Positions 17,594 through 25,901 of a stretch of DNA of 30,000 nt are shown piece after piece. The notes beneath the pieces are model-generated. The model saw only the letters and a list, made by a program, of their open reading frames with translations. It did not search any database and was not told the origin of the DNA. The stretch covers positions 259,976-289,975 of the forward strand of contig NC_010334.1 of the NCBI RefSeq assembly GCF_000019185.1, in the 5' to 3' direction. The number at the start of each line of letters is the position of its first letter. Position 1 is the stretch's first letter. The position numbers and the translations under genes were made by a program. Source of the stretch: Shewanella halifaxensis HAW-EB4. Its GTDB lineage: Bacteria; Pseudomonadota; Gammaproteobacteria; Enterobacterales; Shewanellaceae.

Positions 17594-19354
17594 TTACTGG
17601 TTAAACATGGCTTCTGGGTGAACTACTGTTGAGCGGTAACCCGGCTCGTGTTTAGTCAGGGTTTTAACCTTGATTTCAACTTTTACTTCATTGGTTTTTG
17701 GATCAACCTCTGTAATCCAATGCTCCGGAGCCTTATCACTTTCTAGCAGACCTGCTGAAGCTGATGCCATAAACATGGTGTTATGATCTGGCTGGAATTC
17801 AGTAATAGAGGTAATTGGGCTGTACCACTCATAGCCGCGGTCTTTACCGTATTCCCAGGTCTGTTGAACCGTCATATTGTCCATATCGACCTTGTATTCA
17901 ACACCACGAGAGTACTTCATTGTCGGTAGAGCTGGCTGCTCAAGAGAGCGTCCATCGCCATTGTCGAAGACTGTAACTGTGCCACGTTCAGGTACAGGCC
18001 AAGCGGTATGCTGAGTCCATGTCCAGTCAAAGTCACCTTCACAATCTTTGGCATCACACTTTAACTTTTTGCCCTTTTTATCAACCGGGATGAGTACCTT
18101 ATCTGCTAGATCTCCTTCCCAGCCGATAGGGGTACCAAGGATCCACTTCACTTCATCGTCACGGCCAATCTTAATCACTGCTGATTGATGACGAGAACTG
18201 ATGATGATGCTGTCGTCTTCTGCGTCATAACCAATAGAGTTGATATGTAACCAGTTGCGACCTGTATCTACACCGGCAACGTCGCCATAAGGCTCATTTG
18301 CTAGCTCTTCTGCTGACATTGTCTTACCCGCAGAGGCTACATCTACGTTTAGACACACTGCGCCCATATCCAATGAACTCAATACATCATCACGTAATGG
18401 ATCTAGGATCTTATTGAAGTCCCATACCTTAACGACTTCGCCATTGTTATTAACTTCAATTACATGGTCACGAATAGAGTCAACTTTTATCCCTGTTGGA
18501 GTGATATAGTCTTTTTTGCCCACACGTAGCAACAGGTTGCCGTTTGGCATTTCAGTCACTTCATGAGAGAAACCGATATAGCCGCGAGGAAGATCACGTT
18601 TGAAAATTGGTTTGCCGATAAAGTCGTACTTGGCATAGTAAGGTGACAGGAAGCCATTATGTTGATTAAACATCAGGCCCTGACCGAAGATAAGCTTACC
18701 GTCACGGGTTTGTTTAAATGACATGGACCCGCCTGGACGGTCATAAATTACATCGGCACTTAAGTGCCAGCGTACATCACCGTTGGTATCAATAATATTC
18801 TGGGTTGGTTTCCAATCCCACTTATCACGCAGATCGGGTGTGATGACTTGGCCATCGACTAGATAAAATCTATCTTCAAACCCCTTAGCAACTTTAATCG
18901 GTTCATATTCATACTGAGTTCTATCCTGACCATCAATATGTTGATGTGGTATATCATTGGTACGGATCTTATATGTCTCTTTAATTTTTTTACCATCAAG
19001 CTTGTAGGAGACTTCAACTTCATTAAGGTGGTCAGGGTAGAGACCAAACACCGGAATCCCGTTATGTGTATTCAACTGAGTAGTACTGACGGGATAATCA
19101 ATATCAATGCCTTTACGGTCTTTACCTTTGACGGAAACCGTGGCGTTTGTAATCGTTTTACCTCCCAAATCAATCACTGCAACCAATGGACTAAAGTCAT
19201 AAGGGTCAACGTAGACAAAGCCTAATTGTCCTTGAGCAACAGCGGAAGATGAAGTACCTGGTAAATTTCCCGCAGCATTTACTGATAATGAAATTGCCGA
19301 GCAAGTAAGCACCGAGGCTGTTAAAATCGCTGACATTATTTTATTAAGTTTCAT
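17594..19354 (-). CDS. assT: Periplasmic arylsulfate sulfotransferase (ASST), paralogue 1
   Basis: 586 aa with a Sec signal peptide (...SLSVNAA). Conserved blocks GRNWLHINSI, TQHTAW, DNGDGR and QQTWEYGKDRGY are shared with paralogue 2 and fit the about 600-aa beta-propeller ASST of E. coli. Followed by dsbL-dsbI. Confidence 0.85.
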   Translation of the reverse strand: MKLNKIMSAILTASVLTCSAISLSVNAAGNLPGTSSSAVAQGQLGFVYVDPYDFSPLVAVIDLGGKTITNATVSVKGKDRKGIDIDYPVSTTQLNTHNGIPVFGLYPDHLNEVEVSYKLDGKKIKETYKIRTNDIPHQHIDGQDRTQYEYEPIKVAKGFEDRFYLVDGQVITPDLRDKWDWKPTQNIIDTNGDVRWHLSADVIYDRPGGSMSFKQTRDGKLIFGQGLMFNQHNGFLSPYYAKYDFIGKPIFKRDLPRGYIGFSHEVTEMPNGNLLLRVGKKDYITPTGIKVDSIRDHVIEVNNNGEVVKVWDFNKILDPLRDDVLSSLDMGAVCLNVDVASAGKTMSAEELANEPYGDVAGVDTGRNWLHINSIGYDAEDDSIIISSRHQSAVIKIGRDDEVKWILGTPIGWEGDLADKVLIPVDKKGKKLKCDAKDCEGDFDWTWTQHTAWPVPERGTVTVFDNGDGRSLEQPALPTMKYSRGVEYKVDMDNMTVQQTWEYGKDRGYEWYSPITSITEFQPDHNTMFMASASAGLLESDKAPEHWITEVDPKTNEVKVEIKVKTLTKHEPGYRSTVVHPEAMFNQ

Positions 19355-19368
19355 AGTTAATCCCTTTA

Positions 19369-20115
19369 TTAGAATTTATATTGGACTGAGTAAAAAAATG
19401 CATCGTGATAGCCTTTTTTACCTAAGTTATTTTCTGCGTAACGATAACTGACACCCACTGACCAATTATTGTTGATTATCCAGTTTGCTCGTAGTTGACC
19501 ATTAAAACCAAAGTCTTCCATGTCGCCTGCTAATTCCAAATATTGTTCATTTCTGCCGAAATAAAACTCTTGCCACCAGACAAATTTAAAATCTTGATCA
19601 AATAATGATAAATCATGACTAATATTTAAATACGCGTAGCCACCATTAAAACCTTGCTCATCAAAATTAGAGTCAAAAGCCTTATATGTGGCATTCACTA
19701 TGTGTGCGGCGAACGCTAGCTGTACATAAGTATTGTCATAGTTTTTATCCCAGCTAAATCCAAGCAATGTATTGGTTTCTCCCCAGACAGGCATTGATTT
19801 ATCAAACACTTGGCCGTATAAGTTGAAATCCGTTTCGCCAATATTTATTTGACCGACTAGATTTATTTCAGTCCCATAAATGTCTGTATTATCGAAGTTT
19901 TCCAATGTGACATGACCATAGATATCGCCAAGTGCAGTGCCATGTGCACCTATCATTTTGATGTATGGATTATTATTTTTTGACTCACCAAAGTAGTCAG
20001 ATGCGCTACTTCTCCAATCCATCAAGCCCGTCTCAACGGCTAACATTGCTGCATTCGAAGAAAAGGAAATACTGAGAGCTAACGCAGCTATTCCTGATTG
20101 TAATTTCTTATTCAT
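19369..20115 (-). CDS. Small outer-membrane beta-barrel channel, Tsx/OmpK-like, paralogue 1
   Basis: 248 aa with signal peptide ...SFSSNAA. Alternating aromatic/hydrophilic beta-strand pattern and a C-terminal ...YSVQYKF ending in Phe, typical of OMPs. The Tsx/OmpK family call rests on general resemblance only. Confidence 0.7.
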   Translation of the reverse strand: MNKKLQSGIAALALSISFSSNAAMLAVETGLMDWRSSASDYFGESKNNNPYIKMIGAHGTALGDIYGHVTLENFDNTDIYGTEINLVGQINIGETDFNLYGQVFDKSMPVWGETNTLLGFSWDKNYDNTYVQLAFAAHIVNATYKAFDSNFDEQGFNGGYAYLNISHDLSLFDQDFKFVWWQEFYFGRNEQYLELAGDMEDFGFNGQLRANWIINNNWSVGVSYRYAENNLGKKGYHDAFFYSVQYKF

Positions 20116-20279
20116 AACTCACCTCTATTGAAAGTGATTGCGATGTTATGAATTGAAGCGCGATGATAACTAGAGGAGGCTCACAAAAAAAAATTAGAAT
20201 ATCTTTATATTATTTAAACCTTGATTGTAGGCATGAAAAATAAAAAATTATTTTTTTTAGAGATGGGATTCACAAAAAA
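20116..20279. promoter_or_regulatory. Divergent omp1-assT1 / tetR intergenic region
   Basis: 164-nt AT-rich spacer between divergent start codons. This is the expected location of the TetR operator and both promoters. No individual site is assigned. Confidence 0.5.
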
Positions 20280-20945
20280 ATGGAAAGCAAGACTTTAGAA
20301 CATATTTTAAATGTGTCAGAACAGCTAATTTATAAAGATGGTGTGATCGGGTTTAAGTTTTGCACTGTAGCAAAAGAAGCTGGAATCTCTACAACTAGCT
20401 TATATAAGTTCTTTGGAAATAAAGAAGATATATTGGTTGCTTTGGCAAGTAAAAGTTTTATGAACACCAAAAATAAAAAGTGGTGGTTAAATTTAGAAGG
20501 TGATGCGCTAATAAAAGTCATTGCTTATTATATTTTACAGTTAGATGTCGCTCATGATTTTCCCTTTTACTCATCTATGTCAACGCTAACAAGTAATCAG
20601 CTTATTTGCGGTCGTTCTGCTCACCCTCATATCAGCGCATTGAATAAGAATGCCTATGGTTTTTGGCAAACACCTATTGCGCTATTGCAGCAGGCTAGAG
20701 GGCAGGGGAGTTGTCAACTCTGTGACCAAGCGATTACTAGACTGTGTGCACTGATCTCTATGATTATCAGAGGTCAGGAAGTTGTATCTTGTGCTGAGGT
20801 AGGTAGAGCTTGCAGTGCAGAAGCGAATCTCACAACCCAATGGATTATTGAATTTTGTTTTAAGCAAGTGGGCTTCGAATACCATTTAATTAATCATTGT
20901 ATCCAACAAGCAGATATCCTAATCACAGAGCATGGTCTTCGGTAA
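20280..20945 (+). CDS. TetR/AcrR-family transcriptional regulator
   Basis: 221 aa. N-terminal HTH FKFCTVAKEAGISTTSLYKFFGNKEDIL is typical of TetR repressors. Divergent from the omp1-assT1 operon. Confidence 0.85.
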   Translation: MESKTLEHILNVSEQLIYKDGVIGFKFCTVAKEAGISTTSLYKFFGNKEDILVALASKSFMNTKNKKWWLNLEGDALIKVIAYYILQLDVAHDFPFYSSMSTLTSNQLICGRSAHPHISALNKNAYGFWQTPIALLQQARGQGSCQLCDQAITRLCALISMIIRGQEVVSCAEVGRACSAEANLTTQWIIEFCFKQVGFEYHLINHCIQQADILITEHGLR

Positions 20946-21089
20946 CGGAACTGCTCATAAAATGCCATATGTGTTTGAAGTATGACTCAATGCAGGGAAA
21001 GTAAAGTTATGCCGTTATCCCAGTTATCAGCGGCGACGGTTATGGGTAACAGATCAGTTAAATTATCGATGTTTTGGTCACTGTTAACT

Positions 21090-21120
21090 GTGGCCACTAA
21101 AGTTAGTGGCCACAGTTTTT
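21090..21120. terminator. Palindromic hairpin GTGGCCACT-AAAGTT-AGTGGCCAC plus T-run (copy 2)
   Basis: Identical to 16215..16245. Lies between the convergent tetR (+) and dsbI copy 2 (-). Confidence 0.55.
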
Positions 21121-21143
21121 AATAACGCATGGTTGATTAGTCA

Positions 21144-21779
21144 TTACTTCTTAAGCGGAAGAAGCTTCTTCAGTGAGCGAACCCAACCAAAGGTCAACGG
21201 CGCCAAACAGACCATAAATACGGTATAAGCGATTATGCAGTAATGTGCCATATTCATGCCCAGTAGAGTCCAATCGTCTTCACCACAGCCGCCCGTTGGA
21301 GCAAACTCAAATGGTAGCCATTCATCAAGTGGTAGGTTGAGTGGGAAGCGTGGATCGGTTGAACAAGCTGAGCCAGCAGCATCGCCTGCAGCAGCAAAGA
21401 AGTCCATCGTCTCATCGACTACCATATGCGCCGCATCATGGATCTTCATTAACTCAACAGACCACATCCAGCCCTGAATGACTGCGTACCACGCCAGTAA
21501 TAAACCTAAGAACTTGAGTATGTGATTTCTCGGATCGATCAGAATGATCAGACCCGCAAGCACGATACAGCACTGGCTAAAGCGAATGTAAACACATAGC
21601 TCACAGGGATCCATCGCCAAGAACAGTTGGAAATAGAAGATGGCCGACAAAATAAGAAATAGTGCTCCTCCAACCATCACTAACCAGATGGGTCGATGGT
21701 CTTGCATATGGGTTAAGCTGTCGGCAGGGGTGGCCTTAAACTGCCTCCAGAACTCTTTCAATCGTTGCTGCAATGACAT
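21144..21779 (-). CDS. dsbI: DsbB-family oxidoreductase DsbI, copy 2
   Basis: 211 aa. Differs from copy 1 by one residue (G12R). Confidence 0.85.
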   Translation of the reverse strand: MSLQQRLKEFWRQFKATPADSLTHMQDHRPIWLVMVGGALFLILSAIFYFQLFLAMDPCELCVYIRFSQCCIVLAGLIILIDPRNHILKFLGLLLAWYAVIQGWMWSVELMKIHDAAHMVVDETMDFFAAAGDAAGSACSTDPRFPLNLPLDEWLPFEFAPTGGCGEDDWTLLGMNMAHYCIIAYTVFMVCLAPLTFGWVRSLKKLLPLKK

Positions 21780-21788
21780 AATAATCCC

Positions 21789-22400
21789 CTATTTAGCAGA
21801 CAGTTCAGCGATAAGCTCTTTGAGCATATCCATCGAACGGATTGATTTGGTGTTGATCAGGTATTTGCCGTTAACGGTAATCGCAGGCACACCTTGGATC
21901 TTTGCAACTTCAACCCCTTTATCCCATTTGGTCATTAGCTGTTTTACTTTTGGATTTTGAGCATGAGTATCAAACTCGGCACGGCTCATGCCTAATGTAT
22001 CGAGGGTAAATGCAATGGTAGAATCGGCATCTTTAAATTTGACCTTCTTGACGTGGTACTGGTCGTAGTACTTGTCCTTTAATTGCTTGAATGTCTTCTC
22101 GCCTTTGATCTCTTTAGCGATGGCCAATGCCGTTGATTTCTCTACGCCAAAAGGTGGTTTACTGGTGATATGGTACTGATCCAAAGTGCTGCCAGCAGGC
22201 ATTAACTTATCGTTAGGAATACCTGCTTTTTCATACTTGTAGCAGAAAGGACAGTTAATCGAGTAGATCTTCACTACTTGGTTTGGGGCGTTAAATTGAG
22301 CCACTTCCGGTAATACTTGGTACTCAACTCCCTCTGTTGCTGCATGGGCACCAAATGATAGAAATAGAGTTGCTGCGATGGCGGTAAGTGTTTTTTTCAT
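21789..22400 (-). CDS. dsbL: Periplasmic oxidoreductase DsbL, copy 2
   Basis: 203 aa. Differs from copy 1 by two residues (S6T, and D to N in THAQ[D/N]PKVK). CPFC active site retained. Confidence 0.85.
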   Translation of the reverse strand: MKKTLTAIAATLFLSFGAHAATEGVEYQVLPEVAQFNAPNQVVKIYSINCPFCYKYEKAGIPNDKLMPAGSTLDQYHITSKPPFGVEKSTALAIAKEIKGEKTFKQLKDKYYDQYHVKKVKFKDADSTIAFTLDTLGMSRAEFDTHAQNPKVKQLMTKWDKGVEVAKIQGVPAITVNGKYLINTKSIRSMDMLKELIAELSAK

Positions 22401-23120
22401 GTTATCTCCAAAGATATATTAAATTTGTTGGATTTTGAAAACTTATATTGTTAATAGTTATTGTTTTTGTCGATGTAAAAATAAAACGTCATTGTTTGTT
22501 ATAACTATAAGATTTTAATTTGATTAATATTGGATGCTGGCTATTTCGTTACTATCTTATTTTTAAATGACATATATTGATTGTGATGGTGGTCACGTTT
22601 TATTTGCAGTCCTATTTATAAGTGTTATTAATTTTAAGTCGGCTGGAGTTTGATATTCAATTTTTAGTTTTTGAATTATGTTTATGGAAAAAATCAATAT
22701 CATTGGATCTGTTCATTCTGTATTGGTTTCCTTTGTTGTGGTCGCAACGTGTTGTTTTGTATGTGATTACTTTGATTTTGTTGATGTTTTTTTATTGTTT
22801 TTTATGGTTTTTAGATATTTTTAACATTGGTTTCCATAAGGTTTGATCCCTGTTGGTTTATCTTTTATTAGCTGAAACCCTCATGAATTATAAGTTTTAG
22901 ATGTATAAAGTTCATTGTTTTATGTTATTTATATAATCGATATGTAAATTCGCATTTCTTTAATTCATGGTTTTTTATTTGTTGGTCGTTATATTGTGGT
23001 GATGAAAAAAGTTGGTGCTTTGATTATTGTGACATCATTCTCAAATAAAGTTGTTCTAGTTAATTATTGTTTTTAGGGTTGATTACAGTGATTACAAAAT
23101 AATTATTAATTGGAGAAGTC
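22401..23120. promoter_or_regulatory. 720-bp AT-rich divergent region between dsbL copy 2 and assT2
   Basis: No credible ORF. The plus strand is strikingly T/G-rich with many T-tracts. It must hold promoters for dsbL2-dsbI2 (leftward) and assT2-omp2 (rightward). Confidence 0.55.
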
Positions 23121-24911
23121 ATGAAACGTAATATTTTAACTGCAGCTATTGTTGCTGCATTATTTCAGTCAGTTGTTTCTTTTGAATCAAATGCCGCTGG
23201 TTTTAAACCAGCACCTGCAGCGGGCCAACTAGGTGCGGTGCTTGTTAATCCGTATGGTAACTCACCTCTAACTGCGGTATTAGATTTGGGCAGTAAGCGC
23301 CCAACTGATGTGACGGTAACAGTTCATGGTAAGGGCAATAAAGGAGTTGATATTAGTTACCCTGTGGGTCAGCAAACAATCAATACCCATGACGGTATTC
23401 CCTTGTTTGGTTTATATGCTGATCACAGCAACCAAGTGACAGTGAAATACAACCTAGACGGTAAAAAGGTCAAAGAAGACTATAAGGTGCTAACCGGACC
23501 TATCACTAACGAATATATGGATAACAGAAATATCACTGTTATGCAGGAAGTTCAGGTGAAGAAGGTTGCCAAAGGCTTTGAAAACCGCTTGTATATGGTC
23601 AACAGTCATACTTACAACCAGCAAGGTTCAGATCTGCATTGGTCAGGTCAAAAGAGTAAAGATGCAGGTATATTTGAATCTTCGCCAGCCATGGGTTCAT
23701 TACCATTCGATAACGCCCCTATGACTTATGTCGTTGATACAAATGGTGATATTCGCTGGTGGTTAGATCAGGATGCGGTTTATGACGGTGTAGGAATCGA
23801 TGTAAACAAGCGTGGATACTTGATGGGACTGCATGATAATGGTGAAGGCCGTATTACCTTTGTTCAAGGCCAGCAGTACGGCACCTTTGACTTGTTAGGT
23901 AACTTTGAACAACGTCGCTTGCCACGTGGATATGTTGACGCCTCCCATGAACATAACATCATGCCAAATGGCCACTCTTTAGTTCGTGCGGCTAAGGCTA
24001 ACTATAAAAACCCTCAAGGCGATATCGTTCATACCGTACGAGACCATATTTTACAGATTGACCAACAGGGTAACTTGGTTGATGTGTGGAACCTGAACGA
24101 AATTATGGATCCATATCGTGATGCATTGCTTGAAGCCTTAGATATGGGAGCGGTTTGTTTGAACGTCGATATCGATCAGATGGGTCAAACTGCAGAAATG
24201 GAAATTGATGCCCCTTATGGCGATATTCCAGGTATTGCCCCCGGTCGTAACTGGGCTCATATCAACTCTATTGAATATGATCCAAAAGATGACTCTATTA
24301 TCCTTTCTTTCCGTCATCAAGGTGTAGCCAAAGTGACTCGTGATAAGGAAGTGAAGTGGATCTTGGCACCTTATGAAGGTTGGAACAAAGAGCTTTCAAA
24401 GAAACTGCTTAAGCCAGTGGATAAGAATGGTAAGCCTATCAAGTGTACCGATAAAGGTGTGTGTGATGGTGACTTCGACTTTACCTATACTCAGCACACG
24501 GCATGGCTAAATAACACCACAGGCAATCTGACGGTTCTGGATAATGGTGACGGTCGTGCCCATGAGCAACCAGCCCTACCAACTATGAAGTATACCCGTT
24601 TCGTCGAATACAAAATTGACGACGAAAACATGACTGTGCAGCAGACATGGGAATACGGTAAAGATCGTGGTTATGACTGGTACAGCCCGATCACGTCTAA
24701 CGTGGAGTATATGGAAGATAAGAACACCATGTTTGGTTTCGGTGGTTCGATTCATCTCTATACCCCTGGTGAGCGCACTATCGGCAAAATCAATGAGATC
24801 GGTTATGACGATATGAAGGTCAAAGTAGAGATAGACGTGTTGTCTGACAAGGCAAACTCTCCTCACTACCGCGCAATTATTGTGAACCCTACTAGCCAAT
24901 TTGGCTTGTAA
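23121..24911 (+). CDS. assT: Periplasmic arylsulfate sulfotransferase (ASST), paralogue 2
   Basis: 596 aa with signal peptide ...SFESNAA and a GGAG Shine-Dalgarno. Same conserved blocks as paralogue 1 (GRNWAHINSI, TQHTAW, DNGDGR, QQTWEYGKDRGY). Confidence 0.85.
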   Translation: MKRNILTAAIVAALFQSVVSFESNAAGFKPAPAAGQLGAVLVNPYGNSPLTAVLDLGSKRPTDVTVTVHGKGNKGVDISYPVGQQTINTHDGIPLFGLYADHSNQVTVKYNLDGKKVKEDYKVLTGPITNEYMDNRNITVMQEVQVKKVAKGFENRLYMVNSHTYNQQGSDLHWSGQKSKDAGIFESSPAMGSLPFDNAPMTYVVDTNGDIRWWLDQDAVYDGVGIDVNKRGYLMGLHDNGEGRITFVQGQQYGTFDLLGNFEQRRLPRGYVDASHEHNIMPNGHSLVRAAKANYKNPQGDIVHTVRDHILQIDQQGNLVDVWNLNEIMDPYRDALLEALDMGAVCLNVDIDQMGQTAEMEIDAPYGDIPGIAPGRNWAHINSIEYDPKDDSIILSFRHQGVAKVTRDKEVKWILAPYEGWNKELSKKLLKPVDKNGKPIKCTDKGVCDGDFDFTYTQHTAWLNNTTGNLTVLDNGDGRAHEQPALPTMKYTRFVEYKIDDENMTVQQTWEYGKDRGYDWYSPITSNVEYMEDKNTMFGFGGSIHLYTPGERTIGKINEIGYDDMKVKVEIDVLSDKANSPHYRAIIVNPTSQFGL

Positions 24912-24923
24912 AAAAATGAATTC

Positions 24924-24941
24924 CGGGCCCGTATGGGCCCG
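24924..24941 (+). other. GC-rich intercistronic hairpin CGGGCCC-GTAT-GGGCCCG after assT2
   Basis: 7-bp all-GC stem 13 nt after the assT2 stop, followed only by a weak T-run (CTAATTT). The omp2 Shine-Dalgarno follows immediately. Confidence 0.5.
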
Positions 24942-24960
24942 CTAATTTAGGAGGCTCACA

Positions 24961-25719
24961 ATGAAATTATCTAGATCTGTCTTAGCCGTATTAGTGGGAA
25001 TTGGCGGTATTAGTTCGGCGAGTGCTGAAGTGCTATTTCAGCAAAATAATGTGATTGTTGGCTACGAGTATTTACTCGATGCCGAAGATAAAAACCCCAA
25101 TCTCTATGATCAAGCCCACCTCATCCTAGGTCATACCACAATCGCCGACTGGGGAAGCGCCACGGGGTGGTTGCGGTTTGAAAACCCACTGGACAGCTCG
25201 GAAAACCAGCAAGGGAAAGATGCCGGAGCAACAACCAAAGCCTGGTTAAAGCTTGATTATAACCTTGGTGACTCGCCATTTAACCTTTGGGTGCAGTCAT
25301 TTACCTGCGCCAATAAACCAGTGGTGGAGCAAAACTTCTATTTAGGTGGCTCCTATGATGTTGCTATTGGAAAACTCAAAGGCACAGTCGGTGTCGGTAT
25401 GCAGTATGCGTACGGCAGTTTTTCCCCAACAGGAAAGTCCTTTAATGGTGCCTCTGGTACTGCTGCGACGATAATGCTGGGCTACCCGCTAACACCGCAT
25501 TGGTTTGCTAAGGCTTATTACGAAGCTCAATTTAACCGAAGTGACGAACATAGGGAGGTATTTGGATTCGACTCATACGGCCATCAGGCTATTGTCGGTG
25601 TGGATTACAGGTTTAATTCTCAGTTCTTCGTTAGCACCCTGTATAAACATAGGCAGAGCTGGGGTGGAGCACTCAATGGTGGTGGAGAGTTGCTATTCGA
25701 AGCGGGGTACAATTTCTAG
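24961..25719 (+). CDS. Small outer-membrane beta-barrel channel, Tsx/OmpK-like, paralogue 2
   Basis: 252 aa with signal peptide ...ISSASA and a strong AGGAGG Shine-Dalgarno. The C-terminal ...LFEAGYNF resembles the Tsx C-terminus (..VVGYNF as I recall it). Confidence 0.7.
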   Translation: MKLSRSVLAVLVGIGGISSASAEVLFQQNNVIVGYEYLLDAEDKNPNLYDQAHLILGHTTIADWGSATGWLRFENPLDSSENQQGKDAGATTKAWLKLDYNLGDSPFNLWVQSFTCANKPVVEQNFYLGGSYDVAIGKLKGTVGVGMQYAYGSFSPTGKSFNGASGTAATIMLGYPLTPHWFAKAYYEAQFNRSDEHREVFGFDSYGHQAIVGVDYRFNSQFFVSTLYKHRQSWGGALNGGGELLFEAGYNF

Positions 25720-25901
25720 GAGTCAGTGGGATACTTAGTCATAAAGCTTTAGCTATAAACCTTTAGCTATGAATACAGAGTATCCCATATCCCAACTTTT
25801 CAATATATGTGAACACCTTATGAGATAACGTATTGGGTGCTATTTTGCCTCTATTGTTACGGTTAATATCTAGCCATATACGCTAAAGTTCCCAAGGATG
25901 T

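Larger units (their letters stand above)
21090..22401 (-). repeat. Copy 2 of the ~1.31 kb direct repeat (terminator hairpin + dsbI + dsbL)
   Basis: See copy 1. Identity begins at the hairpin and ends one base beyond the dsbL start codon. Confidence 0.95.

Noticed and set aside
20174-20185. The 12-mer AGGAGGCTCACA is shared between the omp1/tetR spacer and the omp2 ribosome-binding site (24949..24960). It could be a relic of an omp start.
   Set aside because: No start codon follows at 20186. Rough arithmetic (about 4.5e8 position pairs times 4^-12) predicts tens of chance 12-mer matches in a 30-kb window, so this is not significant by itself.
16215-22401. The duplicated cassette could be an insertion sequence or composite transposon
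   Set aside because: There is no transposase or integrase ORF, no terminal inverted repeats and no flanking target-site duplication. The repeat content is just dsbI, dsbL and a terminator hairpin.
22622-22846. A 74-aa ORF in the dsbL2-assT2 spacer that could be a small membrane protein
   Set aside because: Its sequence (Phe/Leu/Trp/Cys-rich) is what T/G-rich DNA translates to. It has no Shine-Dalgarno and no recognisable motif. I kept it only as a possibility within the finding on that spacer.
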